This document shows, piece after piece, positions 19,070-29,036 of a DNA stretch of 64,000 nt. Position numbers and translations under genes: made by a program. Numbering within the stretch: the first letter of the stretch is position 1; every line of letters begins with the position of its first letter. Origin of the DNA: a virus; IMG/VR virus record IMGVR_UViG_3300025626_002025; one strand, 5' to 3'. A model generated the notes under the pieces. That model did not search any database and was not told the DNA's origin. It saw nothing but the letters and a program-made list of their open reading frames with translations.

Positions 19070-19078
19070 GGGTAACAA

Positions 19079-19106
19079 CAAAAAACCCCACTCGTGGTGG
19101 GGTTAT
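19079..19106 (-). terminator. Rho-independent terminator
   Basis: Minus strand AACCCCAC-cacga-GTGGGGTT followed by a T-run. Confidence 0.7.
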
Positions 19107-19148
19107 ATTCGTGAACGTTATGTTTGCAACCACAACAATTCGTGTTTA

Positions 19149-20378
19149 TTAAAAGTCAAGTTTTACTTTGATTAATACTTCCTTATCAAATGATTTAGGA
19201 ACAGGTTGTGATGTTTTAGCTACTGCTAATATTTCATTTGAATCATTAAATAATCCAATTGTTGAAATAAAAGTTTTAGGGTCTGTTTCAAAAGTTGATT
19301 CAGCAAATGAACCATCTGAACCAGTTACAAATGTAGGATTGTTTGAGAAGTTAAATTCTCTGTTTGTTGCTCTTATGAAGTAATGTGAAGTAGAAACATT
19401 TTCTGTTCTTCTTGCTTCAAAATCATTACCACCTCGAATTGCTTCATGCAATAAGAAATGATTTTTACCTTCATATGCTTGTGATGTTGAAATACTTTTA
19501 CCACTATTTGAACCACTATCGATTGATGTTCCAATTATACTATGTACTGCTGATGGATTAAGTATTACTAATCCTTGGTCAGGATAAAATAAACCTAAAC
19601 CTTGACCAGTTGAAGCAGTAAGTGTATTTACAGTTGCTTCATTTTCAGTTCCTAAGTTAAGTGAACCACTACATACATTAAATACTCTACCTGATTTTCC
19701 AACACTATCTGAGAATTTCTTTCCACTATCATCAATAAAGGTTGAAATTCCATTAGAACCACTTAATTTTAATGACCAGTTTCCTGCATCCATTTTCTCT
19801 TTGTAACGGGCACGAGCTACATTGATTACATAGATATCATCGGAATCATGGATTCCTGCTGCTGATGAAGAAAAGAAAGTAAATTTAGTATCATCGTTAT
19901 CTAATAAGATTGAACGATATTGTGCATAAGTTGCTTTTGATGCTAAAGTTGATGTATCTGAGTTTGCTAACGAGATTGAACCACTACCTAGTATCTCACC
20001 ATATGCAACTGCATATTGTACAGCTGCTGATGTATCACTTGATGGATTCTTATCATATACATTTATATAATAATTTGAACTTCCTTGTCCAACTTCAGTT
20101 GATGAAGTAAAGAATGAAGTTAAACTTCCAGTATCACCACTCCAAAGTCCAGTTGTAACAACTTCTACTTTACCAGTAATTTGGTCAAATTCACCAAATC
20201 GTTTATAGATACCTTGTGCAATTGCTCCACCACTTGCACCCAATTTATCACCACCAGTTAAATACTGATTTACGATAGATGCTAATTGTTCAGAAGTAAG
20301 TGTACCTTGATTATCTGCCAAATAGGTAGATAACTCCGTTGTTAAATTTACTCCAGCTTGTCCTGATATTTGTGCCAT
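19149..20378 (-). CDS. Baseplate/tail structural protein, paralog of 17302..18435
   Basis: EFNFSNNP and C-terminal ISTIGLFNDSNEILAVAKTSQPVPK...IKVKLDF. Confidence 0.6.
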   Translation of the reverse strand: MAQISGQAGVNLTTELSTYLADNQGTLTSEQLASIVNQYLTGGDKLGASGGAIAQGIYKRFGEFDQITGKVEVVTTGLWSGDTGSLTSFFTSSTEVGQGSSNYYINVYDKNPSSDTSAAVQYAVAYGEILGSGSISLANSDTSTLASKATYAQYRSILLDNDDTKFTFFSSSAAGIHDSDDIYVINVARARYKEKMDAGNWSLKLSGSNGISTFIDDSGKKFSDSVGKSGRVFNVCSGSLNLGTENEATVNTLTASTGQGLGLFYPDQGLVILNPSAVHSIIGTSIDSGSNSGKSISTSQAYEGKNHFLLHEAIRGGNDFEARRTENVSTSHYFIRATNREFNFSNNPTFVTGSDGSFAESTFETDPKTFISTIGLFNDSNEILAVAKTSQPVPKSFDKEVLIKVKLDF

Positions 20379-20407
20379 TTTTTATTTTCCTTTGTTTTAC
20401 TTTATTA

Positions 20408-21061
20408 TTAACCTAAGCTTCGTGTTGGTCTTACTAACTGTCTTAAATCTGTTACGGTTAGTGGAATAGTTTGTGAACCACCCGTTTCGTTTCCATAAAC
20501 AGTTATAGTTGTTTTAACTGAACCTCTTAAACTTGGGTTTGGTATGAATTGGAATGTTAATCCTGTTTCAATAGCTGCAGTTGCAGTTATTTCATCTCCT
20601 AAGAATGATGGTGTAGTTGCTGCTCCAGCTGCTAAACCACTACCAACGATAGTACCTGCATTTTTATTAGCTAGTATTACGGTATATCCACTTTGTGTAT
20701 TACCACTTGGTGAAGTTGTTGGTGATAACTGTACTTGTCCAGAATCTGAAGTTACTGCTATCGAAGGGATACCAAATTCTACTTTTGGAATTTTTGTAGT
20801 ACCTTTTGGTAAGGTAACTAATTTATGTCTCAATACTTGAGTTTCATCTGGTGAAGCTTCAGTAATTGGAATAGCTTTGATAGCGGCATCATAATATGCA
20901 CTTCCTTTTGGATGTGCGGGTTCGTAAAGGGTATAATCTATTTCATCATCGCCCAAAGCAAACTTTGTGATGTTTAAACCATCACCAGCTGCTAATTTCT
21001 CTCTACCCTTCTTCGTGAGAATCGCATCTACTGTGATTTCTGTATTATTTAAATAAGCCAT
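20408..21061 (-). CDS. Structural protein with an N-terminal tail-collar/P2 gpH-like half-domain
   Basis: AILTKKGREKLAAG...ITKFALGDD; late motif upstream. Confidence 0.55.
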   Translation of the reverse strand: MAYLNNTEITVDAILTKKGREKLAAGDGLNITKFALGDDEIDYTLYEPAHPKGSAYYDAAIKAIPITEASPDETQVLRHKLVTLPKGTTKIPKVEFGIPSIAVTSDSGQVQLSPTTSPSGNTQSGYTVILANKNAGTIVGSGLAAGAATTPSFLGDEITATAAIETGLTFQFIPNPSLRGSVKTTITVYGNETGGSQTIPLTVTDLRQLVRPTRSLG

Positions 21062-21131
21062 AATTTAAATTCCTTGTTATTGTTGTTCAATATATAAATA
21101 TAAGTATTTTAAAAATTAGATAATATTTCTA

Positions 21132-24100
21132 CTAATCTACTTCTAAAATTGGTTCTCCACTTCCCCTTCCGCTATCAGATACCTTAAGAGTATTAGGATT
21201 AGTAGTAAATGTAACAATTGGCGAACCACCATCTAAAGTAGTTGCCGCAGTTTGTTTAGAGCCATTAAAAAATGAATTTTCCAATCCACTTGTTAAATCT
21301 CCAACGTTTCTATAATGTGTTGGGAAATATCCATTTAATGGAGTAACACCAACAACATCCCCACTTACAGTTGGGTCTACTGATTCATTTCCATCTGAAC
21401 CAGTAAATGGTAAAATATTTACAACTTCTTTAAATTTAGTTGTAGTTACAAATCGTGTACCTTGTGATGAATCTTGAGTTATGTTCTCAGGAATATCAAC
21501 TGTATATGATTTTTTTAGTAAAAATACTTTTACTCTTTCTTTTACAAGTTGTTTACTAGAATCAAATCTAGTTCTGATAGCGTTTGCATCATTTCCAAAT
21601 AATCCAAATCCTGCTACTGAAAGAGAATCTGGTCCTGTTCCTATCTGTGTGAACATATCAGACTCAAATTCACCACTAAGTGATTGACCAATTTCTGTAT
21701 TATTAATCGAAAGTGATAACCCAATATTTTCACCAGATAAAACGGTATTATCTTGAGTTAATATAGTACTATCTATTCCTATATTATCTGCAGATAATTC
21801 TCCAGATGTATCTAATGGTATAACTCCAGTGAAATCCTTAGATTCTGCCGAAAGATTGGTACTATTTTTAGTATCTATTACAGTTAGGTAATTTTTAGTT
21901 TCACCACTTGGTACTAAATCATTTACATTAATATTAGTTTTGTAATCTTTTTTAACCGCAGTTGATGGTTTCCATTCTGTTTTACTTCTTTCAAGAATAT
22001 GTGGTTCAATTAATAAACCTTCACTTGTTTGTGCTCTAACAGGTATTAAAGATAATATAATCTTAAATAATGATTGGTCAATATATCTAACTAATTGTAT
22101 ATATTCGTAAATATTTAAAGTATATCGGTCAAAGTAGTAGTTTCTTAATTGATTAAGTCTATTGTATGTTGGTTTATAATCATCAGATGGGTCTCCAATA
22201 TAATCATCTATATTAAACTCACCAAGTGAACGAATTATATCCATATTTATCTCTTTTGTTGGAGAGAAAAATAATCCTAATCTGTTTGAATCAACAGGAG
22301 ATTGGTCAAATGATTTTTTAGTAGCTCTACTTCTATAATTTAAATCCGATACTAATGTTTGTGTTTCAAATCTAACTTTATTTCCAAGACTATTACCCGT
22401 TGATGGTACAACTGCAGTTACTTCTCTATCATATGATTTATATTGAAATGGATATGAACTAATATCTGTAAAATTAGAAGCAATCGATTCAGTAACATAT
22501 GTTTGTATTATTGATACGTTTTTAATAGAGGTACTTGAGTATCTGTTTTTAGGATACTCATAATCATTTCTAAATAATAAATCAGTAGATGATGCAGATA
22601 TATGATTTCCATCTACTGCATCTGGTAATAATGTATGATTATCAATTCTTGATTGTGATAATGGAGTTCTCCATAATCTATACTCATCAACCGAAGCAGT
22701 TAAGTTAGTACCACCTAACGTTAGTAAACTACCACTCTTCCACGAATTTGTTCCTGAACGTATTTCTAAACTTGAACTAAGTTTAGTTCTAATTCTTCCT
22801 TGAAATGATTCCTGTGCATATACATCAAATTTATCAAATGAACCAGATACTACTTTTTGTACTACTATTTGAGTATATTCATCATTAAATAAAGAACCAG
22901 TTCCAGTTGAAGATGAAAGTATAGTATTACTTCCACTAATTTTAAATTGTACTTCTGCAAGAGAACCTGTATTTGCGATTAAATTCAATGACCACCCATC
23001 GGTACTCACTATCTCTTGGTCTTGTCTTTGTTCTGAGTTTATTCTTAGTTCAACTGCATTAGGATAATCATCACTAAATACTGATGTGTGTTCTTTCCAA
23101 GGTAAAGTAATAGCTGCAGAACCACTTAGTAATATTGAAGCAGTTCTATCATCATATGTGAATTTGGTTGGAGTATCTCCATCCGGGTCACTAGGTCCTC
23201 CAAATTCCATCACAGTCAGTAATGAAGCAGGAACACCATAACAACTTAACGCTGCGGATATTGCTCGTTTTGTACCTTTATGTTTATACAAATATGGTAG
23301 ATTGTTTAATAATCTTCTCCATATTTCATTTTGTCTATCCTTACCACTTAAGGAAGTTGTTTTATTACCATCCTTATCTTTACCAAATGCATATTCCCAA
23401 AGTGCTTGTCCAGAAACACCCATATCCGCATTCCATCCCAAGGATTCTAACATATGATATAACATAGTATCATCTATACCATATTCATGGGTATTTTCAA
23501 TTCTATTACTTTTAGATATTGCTTTGATATGTGTGTATATAACATCAAAGTGTTGTCCAATCATATCAGAGAATAAAATGAAATCAGAATTGTTTTCATC
23601 ATCTTTAATATGTTTTGGTAAATTAAATGATAATCGAGATGTGTTATTATAATCAAATGATTGAGCTGAATTTAATATTCCAGCAAACCAACTTATAGTA
23701 GATGAGTCATCTGATGATGAAAGTGTATTCTCTCCCGCTCCAGGATACGTTAATGAACCTGTTTCGTTATATAGATATTTTTCAAAAGAATCAAATCCCC
23801 TTCTTACTTCACCTATTTTAAATTGTATATTTTTAGCTTCTTGAGTTGTTGCAATTGATGAAGTTAGTGAATTTACAATATCATATTTAGATTGATATGA
23901 TTCTAATAATTTTACTTTATAGTAAAAATTTTGAACTCTCTCATCTGCAGATGAATATTTAATAAACTCTTTCCAATTATAATCTTCATCACCAGTTTGT
24001 TCTAATATTAGTCCAGTACCAACTTCATTTATTATTGAAGATTGGCTTACAAATTCTATATTTAAATTATCTAATGAAAAATTACTAGATGATACAAATT

Positions 24101-26744
24101 GATTTACAACATCGGTAGATGAGGTAGAACCACTTGTTATTAAATCATCCATTATTTGATATCCAATTGTATCAGTAACATCTAATTCAAAGTTAGGAGT
24201 TAATGGAGTACAGTTGTTAACTATATCATCTGTAATTGTTATTCTATCAATTAATGGAATTGATTGTATTTTGGATATCCAAATTTTATCATTAGGATTT
24301 ATATTTCGTGGTAATGGGTCATATAGTTTTAAAACTAATGATTTCTGTACCTCACCATATAATTCTTTTTTGTTAGTTGCTGGATTAATTCTAAAATCTG
24401 AAAATGTTGTTTCATCGATTCCCCATGTACCAATTAACCTATTATCACCATCACCTAGGTGCAAATAGTGTGTTAAAAATGGAGATGTATGTTCATCAAG
24501 TCCTTTATCTTCAAATTCACCAACAAATGCATTTCTTATATCACCAACAACTCTTCCTCTACGAAGTGTTAAATCTCCCTTATCAAAAGTAATATTTATT
24601 GATTCAACTTTACCTTTTGTTTTAGAATCACCTTCTGTATTATAAGGAATTAGTAATATTTTAAATTGTAATAAATCTCTATTATTTCTTAAAGTTTGAA
24701 ATCTTCTACCTTTTCTAATAATATCTTGTATATTAAGTTGAGAAACTCCCTGTGGTTCGAATTTACCTAAGAAAGATTCTCTTCTTGGAGTATCAAGATA
24801 TATTTCAACATAGTTCGTATTAATAGATTGCCAAGATATATTAAAATCTGCATCATATCCTTTAAAATCCGCTCCTTTAATTACTTGTGGATAGTTTATA
24901 TGAGTAATATCTGGACCAGGTAAATATGATTTACTTTCTACTGCAATTACTACCTTTTGAGTTTCACCACTTCCTCCTCGTTTTGAAACAGGCTGAACGT
25001 ATAATGTATAATTTCCTGCACCATTGGGGAAATCACTAGGTGATAATGAAATAGTACCTCGTAATGGTATTGTTTTTTTGTTCTTACCAAGGATATATAA
25101 TAAACTATCTGCATCAATTGACTCGTATGATATCTTAACAGAGTTTCTATCCGCTAGATTTAACTTAACACTACTTCTATTTAATTTAACTGCTGGTTGT
25201 GTAGGTACACTTGCAATAGGATTTTTAAATACTTGAACTTGTATATCGGTTTGACCACCTACAAGTTGAATTGTTGTTTCCAATCCCTTTCTTGAAGTAA
25301 CTTTTTTACCATTAGATGAATATTGAAATTCTCCCCTATGTGTAAAATCAGTTATACCATTTGCATAAAATGAAATACTTGGTATAGGGTCTCCTTCTTG
25401 TCTTTCAATTTTAAATGTTACAATATCATCATCATCTAATACACCCCCAACTTGTCCATAATTAGTTTTCCAAAGAATGGTATCATCCGTTGGTACATCA
25501 CCAATTATGCTAACTGAATAGCTTTCTTCAATGATAGGTGGTTCTATAATTTCAACAGATGATTTTCTTAAACTAAATCCACATCGTAGTGCGTGTGATT
25601 TAGGTCTTATAGATACATCTGCAATTTTAGCATTTGAATTCGGTTGTTGTACCCATTTACCATTTATTTTTCTCTCTAATACAATTTCGAAATAATTAAA
25701 TCCAACTTTACCTAATGATAGTTTTGGTGGTGCTGGTTTTGGTAAAGACTTTCCCTTAACAGGCGAACCTAGTGGCTCAATACCAAGATAATTGTTAAAA
25801 TTAATTTTTGGAGATGATGGTTTAGGAGCTCTTCTATTAAAGGCATTAAAAGTGGGATTAATTCGTCCCGCTCTTGTTTCAAAGGAATTGTTTCTTCCGA
25901 AGTTGATATTTCCTCCTCCTCTACCAAATTGTTCAGTTATTGGGTCAAGGAAGTCCACATCCATGTAATCTCTAAACTGACCACTACCATCAGTAGTTGC
26001 AGTGATTGTAGGAGTGTTATTTCTTACATTACCTCTAGTTGGTTGTGGATTAGTACGAATTGGTGGTGGTAAATCAGGTCGTACAATATCAATAACTGGT
26101 TTTACATCTTTATATAAAGTTTTTTGTTTAGAAGATATTCTCCACTCATCTCTTGATGTAAATCCTGATTTTTCTACTGTTATTGTCTTTCTACTAAGTA
26201 ATTCTTTTTCTGTAAAATTTAAAACTTTGGAATGAAAATCACCTGAACCATTTGTTGTACCCACAGATTTACCATTTACTTTAACTTCAGCTGGTCCTCT
26301 ATCACTAGCTATGGTCACAGTAACTGGTGCATTTTTATCTTTTACCACAGGTTTAATCTCTGGTTTTGGATATCTACATTTACCATTATCGTAAGTTGCT
26401 CTTCTATCAAAGTTAGTTGCCTTCGAATCCATACACCCACCTTTTACAAACACAAGAGGTGGTATTTTTATTGGGATAATTGGATTTGGTGGCAAATCAG
26501 GTTTTATTGGTGCTGGTGGTGGAAGTATCGGTTTTACGAAACGAGGTTTACTTATTTCTGGCACAGGACGTTTTGGTACAGTTATAGGTGGAGTAGGTCT
26601 TGATACTCTACCTCCACCTCCACCGTTACCAATAGGACGAAGTACCTCTGGTTCATATCCGAAAGGATTTTCCCCATTAGCTCTTCCAAAGTTATCCTCG
26701 TAACCTCTGAAATCATCGTAATTAAATTCTCTTCTATTTCTCAT
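21132..26744 (-). CDS. Very large baseplate protein with a gpI/gp7-like wedge segment, a LamG-like domain and a Pro/Gly/Arg-rich N-terminus
   Basis: MIGQHFD...LGW...EIWRRLLNNLPYLYKHKGTKRAI (KGT..AI wedge motif); VDEYRLWRTPLS LamG end; GCMD..A.N.D..A..D.G.C.Y repeat. Confidence 0.65.
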   Translation of the reverse strand: MRNRREFNYDDFRGYEDNFGRANGENPFGYEPEVLRPIGNGGGGGRVSRPTPPITVPKRPVPEISKPRFVKPILPPPAPIKPDLPPNPIIPIKIPPLVFVKGGCMDSKATNFDRRATYDNGKCRYPKPEIKPVVKDKNAPVTVTIASDRGPAEVKVNGKSVGTTNGSGDFHSKVLNFTEKELLSRKTITVEKSGFTSRDEWRISSKQKTLYKDVKPVIDIVRPDLPPPIRTNPQPTRGNVRNNTPTITATTDGSGQFRDYMDVDFLDPITEQFGRGGGNINFGRNNSFETRAGRINPTFNAFNRRAPKPSSPKINFNNYLGIEPLGSPVKGKSLPKPAPPKLSLGKVGFNYFEIVLERKINGKWVQQPNSNAKIADVSIRPKSHALRCGFSLRKSSVEIIEPPIIEESYSVSIIGDVPTDDTILWKTNYGQVGGVLDDDDIVTFKIERQEGDPIPSISFYANGITDFTHRGEFQYSSNGKKVTSRKGLETTIQLVGGQTDIQVQVFKNPIASVPTQPAVKLNRSSVKLNLADRNSVKISYESIDADSLLYILGKNKKTIPLRGTISLSPSDFPNGAGNYTLYVQPVSKRGGSGETQKVVIAVESKSYLPGPDITHINYPQVIKGADFKGYDADFNISWQSINTNYVEIYLDTPRRESFLGKFEPQGVSQLNIQDIIRKGRRFQTLRNNRDLLQFKILLIPYNTEGDSKTKGKVESINITFDKGDLTLRRGRVVGDIRNAFVGEFEDKGLDEHTSPFLTHYLHLGDGDNRLIGTWGIDETTFSDFRINPATNKKELYGEVQKSLVLKLYDPLPRNINPNDKIWISKIQSIPLIDRITITDDIVNNCTPLTPNFELDVTDTIGYQIMDDLITSGSTSSTDVVNQFVSSSNFSLDNLNIEFVSQSSIINEVGTGLILEQTGDEDYNWKEFIKYSSADERVQNFYYKVKLLESYQSKYDIVNSLTSSIATTQEAKNIQFKIGEVRRGFDSFEKYLYNETGSLTYPGAGENTLSSSDDSSTISWFAGILNSAQSFDYNNTSRLSFNLPKHIKDDENNSDFILFSDMIGQHFDVIYTHIKAISKSNRIENTHEYGIDDTMLYHMLESLGWNADMGVSGQALWEYAFGKDKDGNKTTSLSGKDRQNEIWRRLLNNLPYLYKHKGTKRAISAALSCYGVPASLLTVMEFGGPSDPDGDTPTKFTYDDRTASILLSGSAAITLPWKEHTSVFSDDYPNAVELRINSEQRQDQEIVSTDGWSLNLIANTGSLAEVQFKISGSNTILSSSTGTGSLFNDEYTQIVVQKVVSGSFDKFDVYAQESFQGRIRTKLSSSLEIRSGTNSWKSGSLLTLGGTNLTASVDEYRLWRTPLSQSRIDNHTLLPDAVDGNHISASSTDLLFRNDYEYPKNRYSSTSIKNVSIIQTYVTESIASNFTDISSYPFQYKSYDREVTAVVPSTGNSLGNKVRFETQTLVSDLNYRSRATKKSFDQSPVDSNRLGLFFSPTKEINMDIIRSLGEFNIDDYIGDPSDDYKPTYNRLNQLRNYYFDRYTLNIYEYIQLVRYIDQSLFKIILSLIPVRAQTSEGLLIEPHILERSKTEWKPSTAVKKDYKTNINVNDLVPSGETKNYLTVIDTKNSTNLSAESKDFTGVIPLDTSGELSADNIGIDSTILTQDNTVLSGENIGLSLSINNTEIGQSLSGEFESDMFTQIGTGPDSLSVAGFGLFGNDANAIRTRFDSSKQLVKERVKVFLLKKSYTVDIPENITQDSSQGTRFVTTTKFKEVVNILPFTGSDGNESVDPTVSGDVVGVTPLNGYFPTHYRNVGDLTSGLENSFFNGSKQTAATTLDGGSPIVTFTTNPNTLKVSDSGRGSGEPILEVD

Positions 26745-26798
26745 GTGTATCCCAACAATATTCCTACTATAAATATATAGTTATTTTCTTCTTATAAT

Positions 26799-29030
26799 TT
26801 AGTTGAATCTACCTCCAAAGGATTCTCTAAATGTATTACTCTGATTACCACGTCCACGGCCAACTCCTCCAAATTCAATACCTCCTTGTTCATCCATTGC
26901 TGCTAATATTTCGTTCACACCACCGCCGCCGCCTCCGCCACCGTTTCCACTACTAGTGATTCTAGGTGGTGTATTTTGAACTATTTGAATTGGGTTATCC
27001 ACAACATCAACAAAAATTGGATAAGTACATACCCCGTACTGTTGATAATTATCTGCATTAGGGTCAAGACACCTCTTTCTTGGCGGTGGTGGAGGTGGTG
27101 GAGGTGGTAGTATTGGGTCCTCAGGTTTTGGTGCATATTTACACACACCAACTTCACCAAAGTTTATCGCTCGTGAATTATTACATTTATATTTTGGTTT
27201 AGGTACGGTAATTACTTGTGGATATGTTCCTCCACAGGTTCCTACTCGTGTTACTTTAAGACCAGGTACACTTGATATTGAATTTTCAACTGCACATATT
27301 ATTAACGAATCATTCGGTTCTATTGTAGAACTTGTTTTTTGTTGATTTAACTTATTCTTATAAGAAAAAGATAAAGAAGAACCCGCAAATATTTCTTCAA
27401 ACTCTTCAATTACATTTGGATACTTTTGTAAACTATTGTTACGGCGATTGTATCCTTCTCTATCACCAAATGGATGAATATCATTAAAACGTTTTCTTTC
27501 TAAGAAAATTGGTCTTTGCCTTGTTACCTTACTTTGGTTCTGAACTCTATATTCAACAACAAGTGGTGGTGTAATTTTTATTTTTGGTATTTCTCTTACA
27601 TCATTAACAAACTTCGGAGGTCCATCATCTCTAAAAGTTATTTTTAGAGCATCGTATTCAATACCAGATGATACAACCTTTCCTCCAGTTCTATCGGTAT
27701 AATTTATTGAACCAGTTTCTGACCAAATATAGTATATTTTTGTTGTATATTTGTACACTGGTTTTGGTGGTGGAGGTGGTGGAGGGTCAACTACAACCTC
27801 TGTATCGGTATCAAGTCCTCCTCCTAAATCAGCAAAATCTTCAACCACTTCTTGATATTTACAACTACCATCATCTTTATTTGCATACTGATTATAGTTT
27901 ACTGCACTCTTATCAGTACAACCCTCTACAACAGCAGCTGCTACTTCTGTTTCTTTATATCTACAACTACCATCGTTTTCTTTTGCTCGTGGATTATAGT
28001 TAAGTGCTTCTTTATCTGTACAACCTCTAACTACACCTCCTACTTCAGATGGTATGGTACTTGGAAATTTTTGATTTGCTTTAATAGTTTTTAATATTTT
28101 CTTAACCTTATCAAACGTAATTTGTTCATCTGCGGTTAATTCAATACTATTTTGTATTTTACGTTTTGGTAAATAATACTCAACCGAATTTCGTATAGCA
28201 GTTTCTGCTACTCTTTTTATTTTTGAAATTGTTAATTCTAATAAATCAGGATTATTAATTGATTTACCATAAGTGTTTGATGTTATATCCCAATCTTTTC
28301 CAACTATGAAATAATCCATAGACTCAAGATATCTAGCTTTTATATCATTTAACAAATTATCAAATGAACCTACTTTAAATTCTTGTTGAACTAGTTTTTG
28401 ATATCGTCTTCCATCACGAATTCTACCCTTACTTCTTATAAATCTATCAACAACCTTAAAGATATCAATACTATCAATAAAGTTTCTAACATAATAAATG
28501 GTATCATCTCTAAAGTTTCCTTCATCGGTGAATAACCCATACCTTCTTAGTAAATCTTCATTGGGTTTATTTGTATTTTTTAAAGGAACAACTCTTATTT
28601 CGGTTCGTGTTGGTGATATTTCATGTATCCATAATTTATCAGTTTCTCCTTCTTCTGAACCGACTCTTCTGTTTAGTAATGTTATTTGAGTCTTGAATAT
28701 ACCATTAGAATATCCAGCTTCTCTAATTAATCTTTCTAAATCAATTATAAACTCAGATGCATCATTTGTCTTTTTAGTTTCTTCATTTCTTGTTATTAAA
28801 AAATAATCATTAATGTTTTTATCATCTATATGAATATATCTAACAAGTTTTGCATCCTCTCCTTGTGGTAGTTGATTATCATTTGAATCATATAAAATGA
28901 ATTCAATCATATCAGACGCACCTAGTCCGAAGTTAGATTTCTTAATTTCCTTTTCGAAAATTTTTCTATCTTCATTTTCTACGAGATATCCTTTTCTCTC
29001 TACTATTTCTTTAAATGTTTCTAAAGCCAT
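26799..29030 (-). CDS. Putative structural protein with GCTD-type cysteine repeats and polyproline linkers
   Basis: GCTDKEALNYNPRAKENDGSCRY, GCTDKSAVNYNQYANKDDGSCKY and PPPPPPP runs; lies in the baseplate operon. Confidence 0.6.
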   Translation of the reverse strand: MALETFKEIVERKGYLVENEDRKIFEKEIKKSNFGLGASDMIEFILYDSNDNQLPQGEDAKLVRYIHIDDKNINDYFLITRNEETKKTNDASEFIIDLERLIREAGYSNGIFKTQITLLNRRVGSEEGETDKLWIHEISPTRTEIRVVPLKNTNKPNEDLLRRYGLFTDEGNFRDDTIYYVRNFIDSIDIFKVVDRFIRSKGRIRDGRRYQKLVQQEFKVGSFDNLLNDIKARYLESMDYFIVGKDWDITSNTYGKSINNPDLLELTISKIKRVAETAIRNSVEYYLPKRKIQNSIELTADEQITFDKVKKILKTIKANQKFPSTIPSEVGGVVRGCTDKEALNYNPRAKENDGSCRYKETEVAAAVVEGCTDKSAVNYNQYANKDDGSCKYQEVVEDFADLGGGLDTDTEVVVDPPPPPPPKPVYKYTTKIYYIWSETGSINYTDRTGGKVVSSGIEYDALKITFRDDGPPKFVNDVREIPKIKITPPLVVEYRVQNQSKVTRQRPIFLERKRFNDIHPFGDREGYNRRNNSLQKYPNVIEEFEEIFAGSSLSFSYKNKLNQQKTSSTIEPNDSLIICAVENSISSVPGLKVTRVGTCGGTYPQVITVPKPKYKCNNSRAINFGEVGVCKYAPKPEDPILPPPPPPPPPRKRCLDPNADNYQQYGVCTYPIFVDVVDNPIQIVQNTPPRITSSGNGGGGGGGGVNEILAAMDEQGGIEFGGVGRGRGNQSNTFRESFGGRFN

Positions 29031-29036
29031 AATCTA

